Assembly (NCBI RefSeq): GCF_008831285.2
Contig: NC_045138.2
Location: 38,440,001 to 38,504,000, forward strand
Direction of reading: 5' to 3'
DNA length: 64,000 nucleotides
Origin: Nymphaea colorata
Lineage: Eukaryota
The notes beneath the pieces are model-generated. The model did no database searches. It had not been told where the DNA came from and saw nothing but the letters and a program-made list of their open reading frames with translations. Position 1 is the first letter of the stretch. Each line of letters opens with the position of its first letter. A program made the translations under genes and the position numbers. Below are positions 34,054-58,300 of the stretch, one piece after another.

Positions 34054-36723
34054 ATGCCGTTGCCAAGGTTTGACAGTGAAGCCATTTTTGTTGTTTTAGT
34101 GTTATAACTTTTTGAAAGGAAGACGATTATTTTTGGGTTCAACAAAAACATCATGTTTGTGTGTGTGTGAGACACAGAGCTAGAAAAAGAGAGAGAGTCA
34201 TCCAAATGTATAATGTAGCCAAAGTATTTTGTTAAATAGTAGATTGGAAGGATGGCATTGAGAAGGGAGTTCATGAACACCAGAAACCAAACAAGGGGTC
34301 TCGCACCAACAACACGGGAACTCTTAGCTGCCAGCACCATATTTCGATATCCATAGGCCTCTTTCCAGTCAGACCTTTTTGAAACAGAAATGATTGTGCA
34401 TCTTGGTTCAATATTATATAGTTACTTAGAAATCTTTTCCTGCAGGGGAAGCGGGGTGTCCGAGATGCCTCAACGGCTTTGCAGGCACTCGACGCACTCC
34501 AGAAACGCAAGCTCAGAGTCTGGCGGGGTTCAACCACTGAGCCGGCATAGTGTTGGAAGCCCAAAATTCAGTGATAGAAGGTCCTTGAAAGGATCAGCCC
34601 CTGAGGTAAAAGCGAACTTCACCCCCTCATTTCTGTGCTGAAATATTTTGTTTCGATAAGCTGGAATGGCACAAGACACCCTACCAAACTATGTAAAGCT
34701 ATGCATCAAATATTGGGCTACTCGTTTTGTACGCATGGTATGCCATAGTGTTGAAACAGATGCCATTTACTTCCTCTATGTATTATGTATGATGGTTGCA
34801 ATTTTCAGTCCCAATCAATTTCCACGACAAAAAAAAAAAATCAAATTCCTGTTCTCTGTTTAGAGGCTAGAATTGATCTGGCTAAGCCTGTCTTTGTTGA
34901 GTAGCACGGTCCTCTAGTGAAGGAGCTAGAGGGGTAGGTCAGTAGTTTAATCTTTTCCCTAATGATGTTGTTAATTGTTCTATTGCGCTGGACCATATGT
35001 GCTGGACCATATGTGGGATTGCAAAACATGAGCGTATTTCCTTTCTGCGGGTATTACCGAAACAACTAACTGGGACACGATTTAGTCTGTTGACTTAGTG
35101 ATAGAGCATAAATGTGGCGAAGGACGGTGATGTCCCTCATGTCAACACTAGTCTGTAACACTTGATTTGAGCTTATCTATTCCTGAAAGCGTCATGTGAA
35201 TGTGAATCATGTATTTTTACCTGTTAAGAACAGACCATCCTGTGTGAAATTTAGGAAGCATCCTAACCGTAACATACAAACATATTTCCACGGTTTCGTT
35301 AGTTGCTGTTACGGTTGTTGCTATATATATGATGGTTGCTATCCTTGTTGTTGCCATATACATAAGTTGCCTTCTGATGTGTCATCGCTGACTTACGGTG
35401 ATAAGATTGACAATGAATTGTTTTGGTCATTTGGAGACGCGGTTTACGACTGTTTTGACATGGTATTGCCTGTTAGAGGGGACTGGATATTATACATAGT
35501 AATTGTGTTTGCTCAAGTAGAAAAAAAAAACAGGATTAAATCACGTAGTAATTGTGTTTTCTCAAATAGAAGAGAACAGGAGTAAATCACGAACTGCAGA
35601 AGAAAAGCGGCAGTCGAATTTCTGATCTTGAAACTCAGTTGGGCCAAGTTCATGACGAAGTTAAGAAACTGAAGGAACAATTGGCGTCTGTGCAGAATGC
35701 CAAGAAAGCAGCAGACTTGGAGCTAGAAGAAAACAAGAAACTGGTATCTGCTGAGCAAAGTGCTGTTCCAGATGATGCCGGAGGGCCAAAAGTCCCGGCA
35801 GATAGCTTCCCTGAACCACCAGAGACTCCACCAGAAAAGGAAAAACCTTGCCTAACGAAGCAGGATGATGAGTTGTCAACTGAAGAGAACCTAGACCTGC
35901 CAGATGCTGTTGATAATTCGACACGAGTTGATGAGTTAATTAAAGAAGAAACTGAGGAAAAAACACAAGCTTCACTTAAAGAAGCAGCTGAACTGCCCCA
36001 AGAGGAGGGTGACGGAGCACGTGCTGAAAGCACAGATAATGCAGAAGTGGTGGCAGAGCTGAAATTGAAGATGCAGGAAAAGGAGCAGGAGTTGATCAGA
36101 CTTTCTGGTGAAAATGAAAGCCTGGTAAGTTTTTTTTTCACACATTAATTTCCTAAATGTGTTATTTTAGTTCTGCAAAACGTTTCAGCTTCCACGCACT
36201 GAATTTTCACATAATTTCAGCAATATTTAGTCACATTACTCCGATAGCATCTCTTTCCTTTTCGTTTAATTTATTCTTCTCTTGGCAGAAAGTTCACTTG
36301 TTGGAGGTTGAGGAGCTGAAGGCAAAAGAGGAAGAGACGTCGAAACGGTTGAGCGAAGTAACGATGGAATTGGAAGAAAGCAACAAGAAAGCAGCACGAG
36401 TAGCTGCGCAGCTGGAGATAGTAATACAAGCAAAGGCAGAATTGGAGGAGGAGATGAAGCGGGTCAGAGTGCAGACAGAACAATGGAGGAAAGCAGCCGA
36501 GACTGCGGCTTCTGTATTGGCGTACGTGGATAATGGTGCAGAGATGAATCGGCGCAGCGGGTCGATGAACAGGCAGAAGGCCTTAGACAAGTCCGGCTAC
36601 CTCGGGTTGGGATCTCCACTGGCAGATGATACCATGGACGACACCCACGCAGAAAAACGAAAGGGAAGCGGTGCTGGTATCAAGAAAATTGGCGATTTAT
36701 GGAAGAAGAAAGGGCAAAAGTAG
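34054..36723 (+). CDS. Interactor of constitutive active ROPs (ICR/RIP family, ICR1/ICR4-like coiled-coil scaffold); exons 34054-34067, 34446-34605, 35570 (or 35600)-36124, 36289-36723
   Basis: MPLPR/GSGVSEMPQR...SPKFSDRRS, KKSGSRISDLETQLGQVHDEVKKLKEQL, the ROP-binding motif EEEMKRVRVQTEQWRKAAETAASVL and the C-terminal GDLWKKKGQK. Confidence 0.93.
35497..35591. repeat. Tandem duplication (49 + 46 bp) spanning the ICR intron 2 / exon 3 acceptor
   Basis: TAGTAATTGTGTTT(G/T)CTCAA(G/A)TAGAA...AACAGGA(T/G)TAAATCACG at 35497 and 35546. Confidence 0.9.
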
Positions 36724-36786
36724 CGAGGTTTTGGTGAGAGGAAGTGGGCAAGCTTCTCTCTTGCCCCTTCTTTTGTCACGTCCGTT

Positions 36787-36789
<3 letters not shown>

Positions 36790-36829
<40 letters not shown>
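36790..36829. repeat. (GA)n microsatellite in the ICR 3' UTR region
   Basis: Uninterrupted GA run about 65 bp after the stop codon. Confidence 0.95.
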
Positions 36830-36834
<5 letters not shown>

Positions 36835-38104
36835 TCTTTGTCTGCTAATGTGTAAGCTCTTTTCTTTATTTAATGGTCAATATTTTGTTCCATGCCCTTG
36901 TTACTTCCAGTTTCGACAACCAGACCGCTCTCAGAGATATAAATTCAGTAGTAACTTCACGGCAATTGGAAAAACACAGTAAATTTCTTTATTTACAAGC
37001 ATCTGGAGCTGGAGCTGGAGCTGGTTGTTTGGAACTTTGTTTTGCCTTTTGGAGTTTTGATTATGTTGGACTGACCCCTACCAGTTTATTGCATGGAAGA
37101 GAGCTAAGCAAAATCATTCCCAAGTTTGGAACTTGCTGTTGGGATTGAGTCCTGCATCTATGGAACACTGCTTAACAAAATAGCCTTAAACTTTGAATTG
37201 GATGCCCATCGAGTATAGACAAAAAAATATAATGTGTTTCTGCATAGCACTTACAACTGACCTCGCGACATTTTGGTACAGTATCATATCCCAGATCCAG
37301 TAGAACCTAGCAAATATGGAGGTAGTGTCAAAAAAAGATTACAGCCTGTGTTTCAACCGTGTCTTCTTGCTTGACAAGAAAATAAGAGAAGATACTTCCC
37401 TTTCCTTTTCCCCCTAATAAATCCACTACCCAGAAAAAGGTCTCATGTACCAGAACCAATTTCAATAAGGCTAAACCAAGAGTCTCTTGTCTGACTAATG
37501 TTGGTCCAAATAAAGAGACTCATCCCAAATATATATATATATATAAAATGAAAATACATAACAAAATTTGAGAACATCAAGTCGCTAGATACAAAAGAGA
37601 GAAAGCTATACTCAAACTCGAAGATGCGCTTGCGTGCCTTAACGGGCAAAAATAAAATTTCGGAAAAAAATTTTCGGAATTCGACTTCAACGGTCGAAAA
37701 AATTTTTTCATGTTTGATACGATAGAAAAATTTCAAATTTTTGAATTATTTTTCTTGATGAACAGTTCTTTTACGGCGCATCAAACGTGTTAAAAGAATA
37801 GCCCTTACAGGAGAGAGAGACAGTCTTTCACTTGATCTTAGTGGTCTTTTGTGGACTTGTTTGACAGACCAAGAGTCTTGGTACGCAGGTTCTGCTTTGT
37901 TCATAGGCTGGGAGGGAGTCGGGGCGGCCCAAATCGGCTAGTCTTGGCTCGGGTGGACGGGGCGAACAGGGTGGGGTTCACCTGACGACGACTCGCGAAC
38001 CTTCACCAAAGCTCTCCGTCTAGAACCTTCCTCCCCGACTATTTGAACCCTAGGAAGTAATCTGTCTCCCTCTCCCTCTCCCTCGCGCTCTCCGTGGAGG
38101 TGCA

Positions 38105-41100
38105 ATGGCGTCATTGGATGATTACTCGCAAGACCTCGAAGAGCTTCGCCACCTTCAGTCCATCGCCAAGCGGCCGCGGGTCCTCTCTCTCATCTCCGGT
38201 GAAATCGCAGGCCTTGAGAACAAGGTACTCTCCTTTCTTATTTTCCCGTCACCCCTCTCCCTCGCTCCCTTTTCTTTCTCTTCCTCGTATCGTTTCCCCT
38301 TTCTGTTATCCCACGCTCGTCTAGCTTAGTTCTGGTAGTCGTTGGAAAAGTCTAGGCTCCGGACCGACATTCCACCGCTGATTTCTGCTTCGTGAAGGCT
38401 TGCGAGTGGACTGCGAGCGTAGAGTGTATATAGTCTGCCGACAAGAGCAAAGAGCAGCGAGATTGGGTGCGAGCAAAGCTACCACATTATCCGTCGGTTT
38501 TCATGCAACTAACGTGTCGAAAGCAATCGTTGCTGTCGGTTTTCCCTTTTGGTTTCCCTTTATTTGTTCTTGAGGACGTTTATGCTCGTTCTACTTCACC
38601 CTCTTTTGAAGAAAATTAGTGGTTTCCTGTTTCAGTGTATAAGATTGCACCACCCTCTTTTGGTAATCAGAATGACTTGCCGATTTAGCGTGAATATATA
38701 CTCTGAGTATTCGTTTAAAATAAGGGTGAACGTCGACTCCGCGTTATGAAACTTTACATTTCTGAGGACCCTCATTTTCATCTCTTCGCGTTCCAGGAAA
38801 TGGTCTATTTATTTCTCCATAACTTTGCTGCCTTTTGTCGAGTATCTTGTTTGATAACAGAGTTTGGGTCTCTGATCAATTCGAGTTACAGACAAATGAT
38901 GGTTTCCCGTTACTGTTGTTTATGGTTGCAAGCACTCCAATTTCCCTGGAAAGCAGGAACGGAGCTCAGATGTGCCTGTTAAGTTTGTTGGGGACTGACG
39001 AATCTTAATCTTGGAAGGATAGTTAACTCACGGTTATGGAATTCCAATTCTGAACGAAAGAAATAATTATATAAATTACTTTTTTCTTCTTCTTTAAGAG
39101 TGATGCAATCTTTGCAAGATGAAAGAGGAAAACAAAGTAGAGAATTGATCAGAAATTTGGCGTTTCGTATTTTCCCCTTCTTGATTATTTTACTCTTCAG
39201 AGTTAAGGTGTATGATCCCAAATTATGTCGATTTTTTGTATGGTTATCTATCAGACGTGAAGATATCGGAAGTATCTGTTGGTGTTCAAGCGCTCTGTTG
39301 AGCATTATCTATTCACCCTGTCAACTCTTTTACAATTGTTGAGAGTCATTGTCTGTGTTGCTCGATGGAACTGAATACTGATCGAGTTGTTCTTTAGAAG
39401 GGTCGTATAGCAGTTGCTACGGTATTTGCGCTAGAAATATTCCTAAAGGCTTGAACCTGGAATTTCTTTTTTACGTAATATTGTAAATACTGCTTTGGAG
39501 GTTTATTTTGTCTCTAGTTTTATCCTATGAACTGTTCGCAGATATTGAAGGCCGCTACACCAGTGCCAATCGCAAGAACTCCTAATCCTGCTGCTTCAAA
39601 CGGCAAGGCCCCAACGGTGAACTACATTACACTTGGATCTTTTAGTTGGGATCAGGATACCGACAAACTCAAGGTATGTGAATCAATACATTTTCAGGTA
39701 ATTGAGTTTTCAATTGCGTGGTTGCCATCAATAGCATTCCATATGGTTGTAGAAACATGTAGCCGAGTAGTGTTCACTGTTTGTCTGGTTCTAGATCCTT
39801 CCTTATCGTCTTTCCTCTCTTTCCTGGATTTCGTTTCTTTGTTGACATGGTGGGTGTATGGATAATCAGACTAAATATGAAACTGATCCATGCCATGATT
39901 CTGTAGTTTGTTTCTTCCCTCCCTATGCTTCAATTTGGAGGAGCTGTTGAACAGTCTATTCTACCATTTCTATACTTTCTGTTTTTGATGATATAGTCAC
40001 ACTCTCACAACTATAACCATCGATGGCTCGATAGGAACTAGTTCTTGCTTGGGCATTGTCCAACTTAGAGTTGACCACGTGCATGGTTGATATGCTGGAA
40101 TGTGCATCATTTTCTAATCATATGTAACTAGGAGATCCTGCTATTTTTCTGGTTCTTGATATTTAAAGGGTTTATTTAATGCTTGCAACAACATAGTTGG
40201 GTGAAGAAATTCTAATGTTGGAGGCGTGGTCAATGGTTAGTGAGAACGATTTCTCTTTGTCCTTGATATCATAGCGCCAAGGCGTGCTTCTTACACCATT
40301 AAAATTGGTGAAAGCAACGCAAATAATTGGAATTTTGGAAGCATGTCTGGCAGTCATCGCATCATACAAAACCAAATGCAAATTAAAGCTTGTGTGCCAG
40401 AACGACGTAAGCATTCAGGATTTACCTTGAGGGGGCTGAGCACCTTTGCCAAGGACGAAGAATGGTTTTTGATGTGTTGCAGGGAAAGGTGTTGATGTTG
40501 GTCAAGTTCTTCGTTTGATTTATGCCAGTAGCAAGCTATTTCGACTTGCAATATTCTAGCGTCAAATCAAAGATTGCTGACGAATATAGCTTTGTCTGGC
40601 ATCTGGCGGTAAGGCAGTGCATGAGAATGGATGCATTTAGGAAAGTAGGAGCTATCAAGTCCTAGATTTGGCAACGACCACATCTAGGACTAGGAGGTGC
40701 AGTTGTTAAAAGTTGAAACTGTTTTGGTATGAAGATGGGGGGTATCACTTCTCTATCTAAATGCATAAAGTTGTCCTAGCTGCCATCTCTCCTCCTCCAT
40801 CAAGATTGTAGGGCCAAGGTTCTGCCAAATGCAGACTCCCAGTTCAGCTACCACTTCCACCATTATTGTTGACAAAAATAAGTTAGGTTCTTCTTTGATA
40901 GTTCTTGAAGCTTTAAGCTCCATGTTACCGGCGATGCTCTATGGCAGCTTTGACTGGGAACTAATATCTGCGTTTTTTTGTAAATCCTATCACAGTTATA
41001 TGTCTCACTGGAGGGTGTGCATCAGGAAAAGGTTGACGCAGTATTTAAGGAGATGTCTGTTGATGTGAAATTTCATGATGTCCAAGGCAAGAACTATCGA

Positions 41101-41567
41101 TGTGCTATTCCCAAATTGAACAAGGAAATAGTGCCTGAAAAATCGAAGGTTACAGTTAAGCCGAACAAAGTAATCATCACATTGCACAAAGCTTCCAAGG
41201 GCAATTGGATGGATTTGCACTTCAAAGAGGATAAGGTAACTATCTGTCGTCTTCTGTCATGTATTGTATCTCTTATTTCTAATTGCAGCCATAACAAGGC
41301 TGGTATTTGAATTGTAGCTAAAACCAAGTATGGACAAAGAAAAAGATCCCATGGCAGGAATAATGGATCTAATGAAGGTAATTTTTAAAGATGCTGCTTA
41401 ATCCTTTTTTTGGGACGTGATATTCGATAGTACTCAACATATGGTCACTTCTGTTGCTGCAGAACATGTATGAAGAAGGTGATGATGAAATGAAGAAGAC
41501 CATTGCGAAAGCGTGGACGGATGCAAGATCTGGCAAAGCTGCGGATCCTATGTCAAGCTTCCGTTGA
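38105..41567 (+). CDS. CacyBP: Calcyclin-binding protein / Siah-interacting protein (CS + SGS domains); exons 38105-38224, 39542-39673, 40996-41235, 41318-41377, 41463-41567
   Basis: DLEELRHLQSIAKRPRV N-terminal helix, YITLGSFSWDQDTDKLK/LYVSLEGV...KFHDVQGKNY CS domain, DPMAGIMDLMK/NMYEEGDDEMKKTIAKAW SGS domain; all introns GT-AG, phase 0. Confidence 0.95.
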
Positions 41568-42259
41568 GTGGTCTCCTAGTTGCTTGCCTGGTCCTTCTGT
41601 TAAAATCTAATGCAAAGCTTCTCATATCTGTATCTAGAGCATATTTCTTGCAGGTTGCAAAGCTTGAACAAAGTTCAGATTATGGCTTATTTTACCTCCT
41701 TTGCGTTGGCAATGCTTCTTTTTTGCTTCCATATCCTTGAATGATATTATGTCTTGTTTTGTTTCCCCCCAAGTTGGCGATATTTCTGCTTTTCTTTTTC
41801 CTCTCCCGGCATCCTTAAAGATACAGCACCTACCTGATACTGGGATGGAAGGCGAATCATTTGTGTCAATGTAATGTCCGGTGTGCACCACCGCCTTACT
41901 TTTCTTCCATCCCCATCAAAGTCCATTCTTAGCTCACCAGAGCTCTTGATGGACTTGCCAACTTCTGAACCTTTCCCGTGGACAAGGATGGGAGCAATTG
42001 AACACTTCGATTTATTATTGTGTGCACCACCAATAAATGGTAGAGAGCACCACCAAAATGCATATGTCGCTTCCCATTCACTCCCACGATAAGCGAATGC
42101 AATGATCCTCTACGTAATATCGCCACATGCGATCAGTCTAATAAACCATTTTACGCTTCATTATATCTCACAAGGTCTTTCTTTCCTTTTCCCCTTTATG
42201 GTTCTCAACAGGAAAACTGAAAGAAAAACTGTGCACACAATAAAAAAGGAAAACGAAAA

Positions 42260-51882
<9,623 letters not shown>

Positions 51883-52644
51883 GCTCCAGACAGTAGTAGA
51901 AGGGAGAAGCGAAGGGGCAGCAGCTCTTTCTTTCTATCTCTGCCTGTCTCCCCCCGCCTTCTTCCTTCTCCCCCCCTCTGCCTTCTCACTCTCGCTGTCA
52001 CTTCCCCACATACTATATATAATTACAATAAGAATATCAAGGCTGCTAGCTGTGTTGATGACTTGATTCCTTCCATGAAAGCGGGCCCCAGTCTCCCTTT
52101 TGTCACTACTTTGGCCTCCTTCTTCCCTCCCGTTCCCTCTGCAGCTAGGCAGGACATCAGCCACGAACTCTCCCATTTCTAAGGCCTGCCGCAGGCGCCA
52201 GTTTACCTTCGAAAAATTTTAGTTTCTCAATCAAAATCAGTAAGGAAACAGACATTTACTTGAGAGAGAGACGACGTTTGAACCAATCTTCTTACCTCAT
52301 AAATTACGTAAAAAGAAATAAATCCATATTTAAGCACATCTAGTGAATTTTAAAGATGCAGCAATTTTTTTTTTTATCGACCTAATTGGACCCGACCTAA
52401 ATCAACTGGGGACTCGGCTTCATTCAGATCTCAATTGCAGTCCATTTTATGAAACGGCAGAACTTACCAGTAAAATGGGGTCAACGGGCTGAGATTTCTG
52501 CTTGGTGTGCAGACTCAGCTACCCACCAAACCTAGATCCAGATCCAATTGATAATCACAATTAGACTTCTTTATCAGATCCAAAACCAGGTCGGCCGTCA
52601 TGCAAACCCAACCTGTTGTATCTTCATTTTTTGATACTCGACGG

Positions 52645-52830
52645 GGCTCAGCGTAGTTAATTCTGATGGGCTGGCGGTGCCTTGGTCACTCCTCATTTTT
52701 CTTAAAATTTATATGTAAATTTTAAAAAAATTTATTTATTATATATATATATTTTTTAAAAAATAATATTCCGGTGCTTGTCAAAATTTTGAAACTATAT
52801 TTCAACGCTCGTCTTGACTCCACCTCGTGA
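52645..52830 (-). mobile_element. Degenerate inverted copy of the 23964 MITE family
   Basis: AAATTTATATGTAAATTTT...GTCAAAATTTTGAAACT blocks match the reverse complement of the 2868/23964 copies and align with 63236-63416. Confidence 0.5.
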
Positions 52831-54393
52831 TGAAAGTTCGATGTTAGTTCAATTTTCATACACTACTATTCTGCGCATGGATACACATCACTTTAGTTGA
52901 CAATTGTATCACTCCCTACTCATCTTAAAGGCAAAGCAAATGAGGAAAAAAATTCAAGAAGAAGAAAAAAGCACATGCGACTTTGGTTCTTTTCTGGTGC
53001 AATGTTTTGGTATTGAAAAAAGACCCAAAGGACACAAGAAAGTGAAACACAAATCTCATGCAACCTGTGTTTCCTGATACATGGCATTAACGTTTCAACA
53101 AGTGTTTGCGAAAACACGAATTTAATCTTGTTAAGTGGCGATCGTGAAAAGTCTGTCGTAAAAGCCATGTGGGTGGCCTTTATCGTGAAAAGGATGGTAC
53201 ATTAATGGCATTCTATGCATAAACCAAAACTTAGAAAATGCTGCAATAAAGCAACATTCACCAGCTAATGTATCGATTTGATTTGTTGGTTGATACAAGA
53301 ATAGCCTGTGACGTGCTTTATTTTTTTAATTATTTTTAGTTGTTCATGTATATATATTTCCTTCTGTTGAATTGGTGGATTTCCTAACATGTGTCGTATC
53401 GCTGAACAGTACAGTACAGTACAGCTAAGAGACGACGAAATGTAGACATCGATGAGTTGGACCATACATGTGACGTAACGTTCAACTTGGGAAAAAATTC
53501 TCGACATTACATACTTTGTGTGGCTCATTTGGTGAGAGCAATGCTGCGTTCTTTACGAGACACAAACGTTTCTCCTAAAACACCCCCTTGATGCACTGAA
53601 TTGTTCTGTTTAAGCAACTCCTCTGCATTGAAGAAATATTAAAATAATTATCAAAATGACCAGCTTGCCTCCTAAAATCAAAGCCATCTTTTCGCAAATA
53701 AAAATTAAACAATGCTCAGCCCTCACCAGGCCGGCGGCGAGGGATGGGCAGTAGCCGACCGACAAACAAAAGCCTCAGAACAACGAAGATATTTTTTTTT
53801 TCTAAACATAAGTTTGAATTAAGAGGACAATTTCGTCATTTAATGATTATTTTAGTATTTTTCAAGTAAACAATTATTACTTTAAAAATAGAGGGAAAAG
53901 TGAGCTTGTGTTTTTTAACGTTTTCAAAAAGACGTGTTTAACGTTTTCAAAAAGACACGGTTGATCCATTATTCGCTCATTTGTTGAGGGGTCGTTGGCA
54001 AGTTTTTACTAAGCAAAAAAAACATAGGAATTGGAAGAGAACAAATACCCACCGTTGCACCGTTGCAAGCCAGTTGTTGATTAAAATATTAGACACCAAC
54101 CCTTTCAAAGTTGACGCATGCTATGACCATGGGGGCAGAGGGAGATAATCTTAGGGGAGAAAGAGGAGGGGAGGAGAAGAGCATGGCCAAGATGAAAAGT
54201 GTAGCTCACCATAAACAAAAGAAGCAAAGCAAGTTCCACAACACTGAACAAGCCAAGTCAGAGAAGCAGGCATTAACCCGGCGCAGCAAGCCTTCTGTTC
54301 ACAGATTTCAGTTATGTACACAAACACCAGTGAAATGAATTGCCTATTTGCACAGTGGACTGTAAATGACACCTGTAGAAACAATGCAGGAAG

Positions 54394-55247
54394 CTAATCG
54401 TCGACTGGATCTTCTGGTGTTTCATTTGCCTTCCTTTTTATAACAACCACCGGGCAATCTGCATGCTTCGTACAGAACTCGCTCACTGTTCCAACAAATA
54501 CCCTTAAGAGAAAACAAGGCAAATTCGCCAAACATGAGTACAAATGCTGTCCATTAAGCCAGCAAGCAGATTTGTTATCATAAAGAACGATCAAAACCCT
54601 GAAGGAAAAAGAAACCTCAAGCATCATGTTCTCCACAAAAGGAAATCGTCTGCTTCATAAGCATGCATGGATGGGTCCTGGAATTTTTATTGGAAAGGAA
54701 AAAGGTTCTCCAAATTATAGTTTCAATAGAATTTTCGAAAAAATGCTAGGGGATTCATATTACCGTATCAAGATCATGTGCGAGGAGAGCATAAGGCATT
54801 AGGATAGATACCTTAAGCAACGACATGAAGCCTATCTTGAAGACAACATTTCTCGTTTAGACTACTTAGACTTAAATTCAACCGAACCCTGCATACTCCT
54901 AACTCGGCGCAACATACTCAACAAAGTACCTGTCCTAAGGCTTCAAATTGGATCTGATGCAGATCATCATGCTCTAAAACATGTGATTAGGTCGTTCCAA
55001 CCTAGTTGATGTTTGGCTCTGAACAACTAAACCCGAGAACAGAATTTTCATGACATGGCAATGATCCACAATTTCCACCAATTTATAAGTTCTAGTATTG
55101 ATAATAGATCTCTAAACATATTCCGCATGACCAGTTGTATGGCTGTGTACAATATGTCCATTCTTGAATGACAGAAGTATACTCTGTTAAAATATATATG
55201 TATATACATGCCGCAATACATGACTACATGTAAATTTGAAAATGAAA

Positions 55248-55314
<67 letters not shown>

Positions 55315-58300
55315 GTATTAGATGTATGTATATGTTTTAACGTATCTTTTGTCCTTGTTTAATTGCAATTGTTCTTCTTCTTTGTTATTTATTCTTCATC
55401 TGATGTAATACACTAAATGCCCTAAGGGCATTTTGGTATTTGGTCAGTATAGCTGTCTACAACCCTCATATAAGAGGCTCTCCCCCATGGTATTACAATA
55501 CATCCTTTGCTGCTGTCTAGGAAATACTGAAAAGCCGTTTTGTTATTGATTGTGTGCGACTCGGATATACTAAAAGGCAATTTCGTTATTGATTGTGTGT
55601 GTGATTATATGATTGTATCCTCTTTAGGTGTGATTAAAGAATGATTAAGTTACATTTTAGTGACTAACTACCTCGAGTGATATAATTATCTTGCCTTATT
55701 ATCAACAATATTATTGGTAAAGACTTCTATTTTTAAATGGTATTTGAGTTTGTGCCACCTTGCAGAGAAAGACGTCCATCGTCTCATGGTGAGCATGCAT
55801 GTGATGAAAGACAAGCTGCTGTCTGGACTGCCTTGGCCAAAGATGTGAAAAAAAAAATGGCAGAAAAAAATCACAAGAAATCCAACTTCGGAAAGTTCTT
55901 TAATGACAAATATTAAACTTCTTTTGATAACATGGTTGGAAAAGTATAAAAACTTCCGTTCTCACATCAGAATTATCCTGTTTCCAAGCAACGGGCTCCT
56001 CTTATCTCAAAAGGGGGATACTCTTTTTGTGTTATATTCGTGGATGATTTATATGTATACATATACATATATATATACATATATATATATAGATTTACAT
56101 TCTTAAGTATAAAGCAACAGTTTTATTTTATTCCATATTATTCCAGATATTTTCACTAGCTGATACTATAATTTTTAGAACTGATTAAGGAGGAGAGTTC
56201 ATCTCAAATGACTTTGAAAACTATCCTAAACTTGAACGAGTTGCTCATCAAAAGTCAGGTGCTCATACTCTTCAATAAAATGGCATAAAGCAGAAATTGC
56301 ACAACTATTATTAATTTCAGTTAAAATTCTTAAGAGCTTTTGGGCCGAATCAATCCTCACTGCTTCATAGTTAATTAGTTGTATGCCTTTCAAAACTCTT
56401 CAAAACACAAGCCAGTAGAAACGCTTATTAAAATGAGTCCTGATTATGCTAACACAAATATATTGTTTTTAAGAAAAAAGACATACAACCTTCTAATTCA
56501 GAGTTTGTGTATTTATTAAGTGTGCTGAAATCCGAAAAAAAAAAAAAAACTTATTTCTTTATGATTTTAAGGGAGACTTAGATAATGATGTTCTTTATTG
56601 TGATGATCTTCCACTTGAGGATCATTAGAAGAACTGCACATTTCAAAGATATAACTGGGTCTGTAGCAGAGACCTAATCAAAGAGTAGAACCTCAAAATT
56701 AATGCTTACCAAATGAAAAGGCAAAATAGGGTAATTGAAGATAGGAGAAATAATCAGTAGACCATCGCTGATTTTCTTACATGTCCTTTGCTCCATACAA
56801 TAATTCAAACTTCACAGACATTACGATTTACAGAAAATCTAACTCCTAGATGAAGCTAAAAATGCCCAACTAGGAACGAGGCAATCTACTCAAAACCTAG
56901 ACATTTAGAAAAGAAATAAAATCATATTTGACATGCTCTTTCTTTTTCTCAAGGAAGAAACCTAAAGATAGTAGGTGGATCTACAAGATGAAAACCAAAA
57001 TCAATGGATTATTAGAGAGATACAATGCAATATAAGTTGCCTAAGATATAGTCAGAAGTATGGAATAAATTATGAAAAAATATGTTTCTGTATATATGCT
57101 ATAATCTATGTATATACACATACACATATATATGTATTGCCATGTCATACATATGCATATGTTTGTCAATATATTGATGTGTATTTATTTTCATTTGAAA
57201 TAATAAATCAAATGCCAAAGAGCATTTTGGTATTTGGTCAGTTTAGCCATCGGGAAAGTCTAATGACTAGTCATCTAGCCACTGGGAACTCCCAATGATT
57301 CTTTGGAGTCCTCATGTAATGTAAATAAGGGGATTTCCCCATTGTATACAACGCATTTTTTTATGCTATTAGGGACATACTAAAAGCCTTTTTTCATTAG
57401 TTACTGTGAGTGAGATTACATTCCTCCTAAGTGTGATAAGTGAATGGTTACCAATATTTGTGATTAACCACTTTGAAGTGATAGATTTGTGAAGCCTTCT
57501 TATTGGAAACAATTGTGAAGGCTCCTACTTTCACATGTACCATTGTACCCTGATATATAGATGGCAAACGCCAGCAAGTAGACTCGAGAATCATCGAAGT
57601 TGATTCAGTTCACCAAGAAACAGGTCAAGTTTCAAGGACCCAAATGCAGCCAAATCCTAGAGGAATAGGTTCTCTATCAGCAGAATCAGTGGATTGGACT
57701 GGAAACACTTGATTCCAGACAGTTTCTTCCACAGCAGGTACGAGTAAGTATTCCATGTTTTGTATCATGTTTCGACTAGGTTAGTACTTTAAAATTGGTT
57801 TGGTTTAACCATACATAAACCCTAGCGAAGCCATCCAATAGTGATACCCAGGTATCTCTCATGATTGGTGAATGGAGGATGAATACCCTGTGTTTGTTCA
57901 GCCCAACTGCCCCACATAGTTGCATTTCTAGCTGATCCACCAATTTAAAATTTTATTTATGACAATTAAGTTGTTACCTAAATGTATCCATGTGCTTAAC
58001 TAAACTCATAAAAGCCTCAAGATAATGGGACTAGCAATTTTAAGTTCAAGTTGGTTTATAATATTTCACAAGCTAAATGAGATACATAGCCTTCTGAACT
58101 ATAGCTAGAGTGAAGTTGTAGCTCCACGTTGTATCTTAAACAGATTATAAGTGTAGCATAAACAAGCAATGTTTGTGACTTGAACAGGCCAGGCTTATTT
58201 CTTGACAAACATGAACTGCCTTCAAGCCATAACTGAATCAACAACCTAGCTCATATATACACTTTTTTGGTTCATTCAGCTTGTCTCTGAGCCCTTAATA

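Noticed and set aside
35650..36590. Long minus-strand Ser/Phe-rich ORFs (163 and 98 aa)
   Set aside because: Antisense shadows of the Glu/Lys-rich ICR exons.
40170..40700. Coding-like stretch in CacyBP intron 2
   Set aside because: No recognisable domain or consistent splice sites; possibly old TE debris.
53570..54005. Imperfect inverted motifs (AAATGACCAGCTTGCCTCCT versus AGAGGACAATTTCGTCATTT) suggesting a Mutator-like MITE
   Set aside because: Ends and TSD could not be defined, so it is not listed as a feature.
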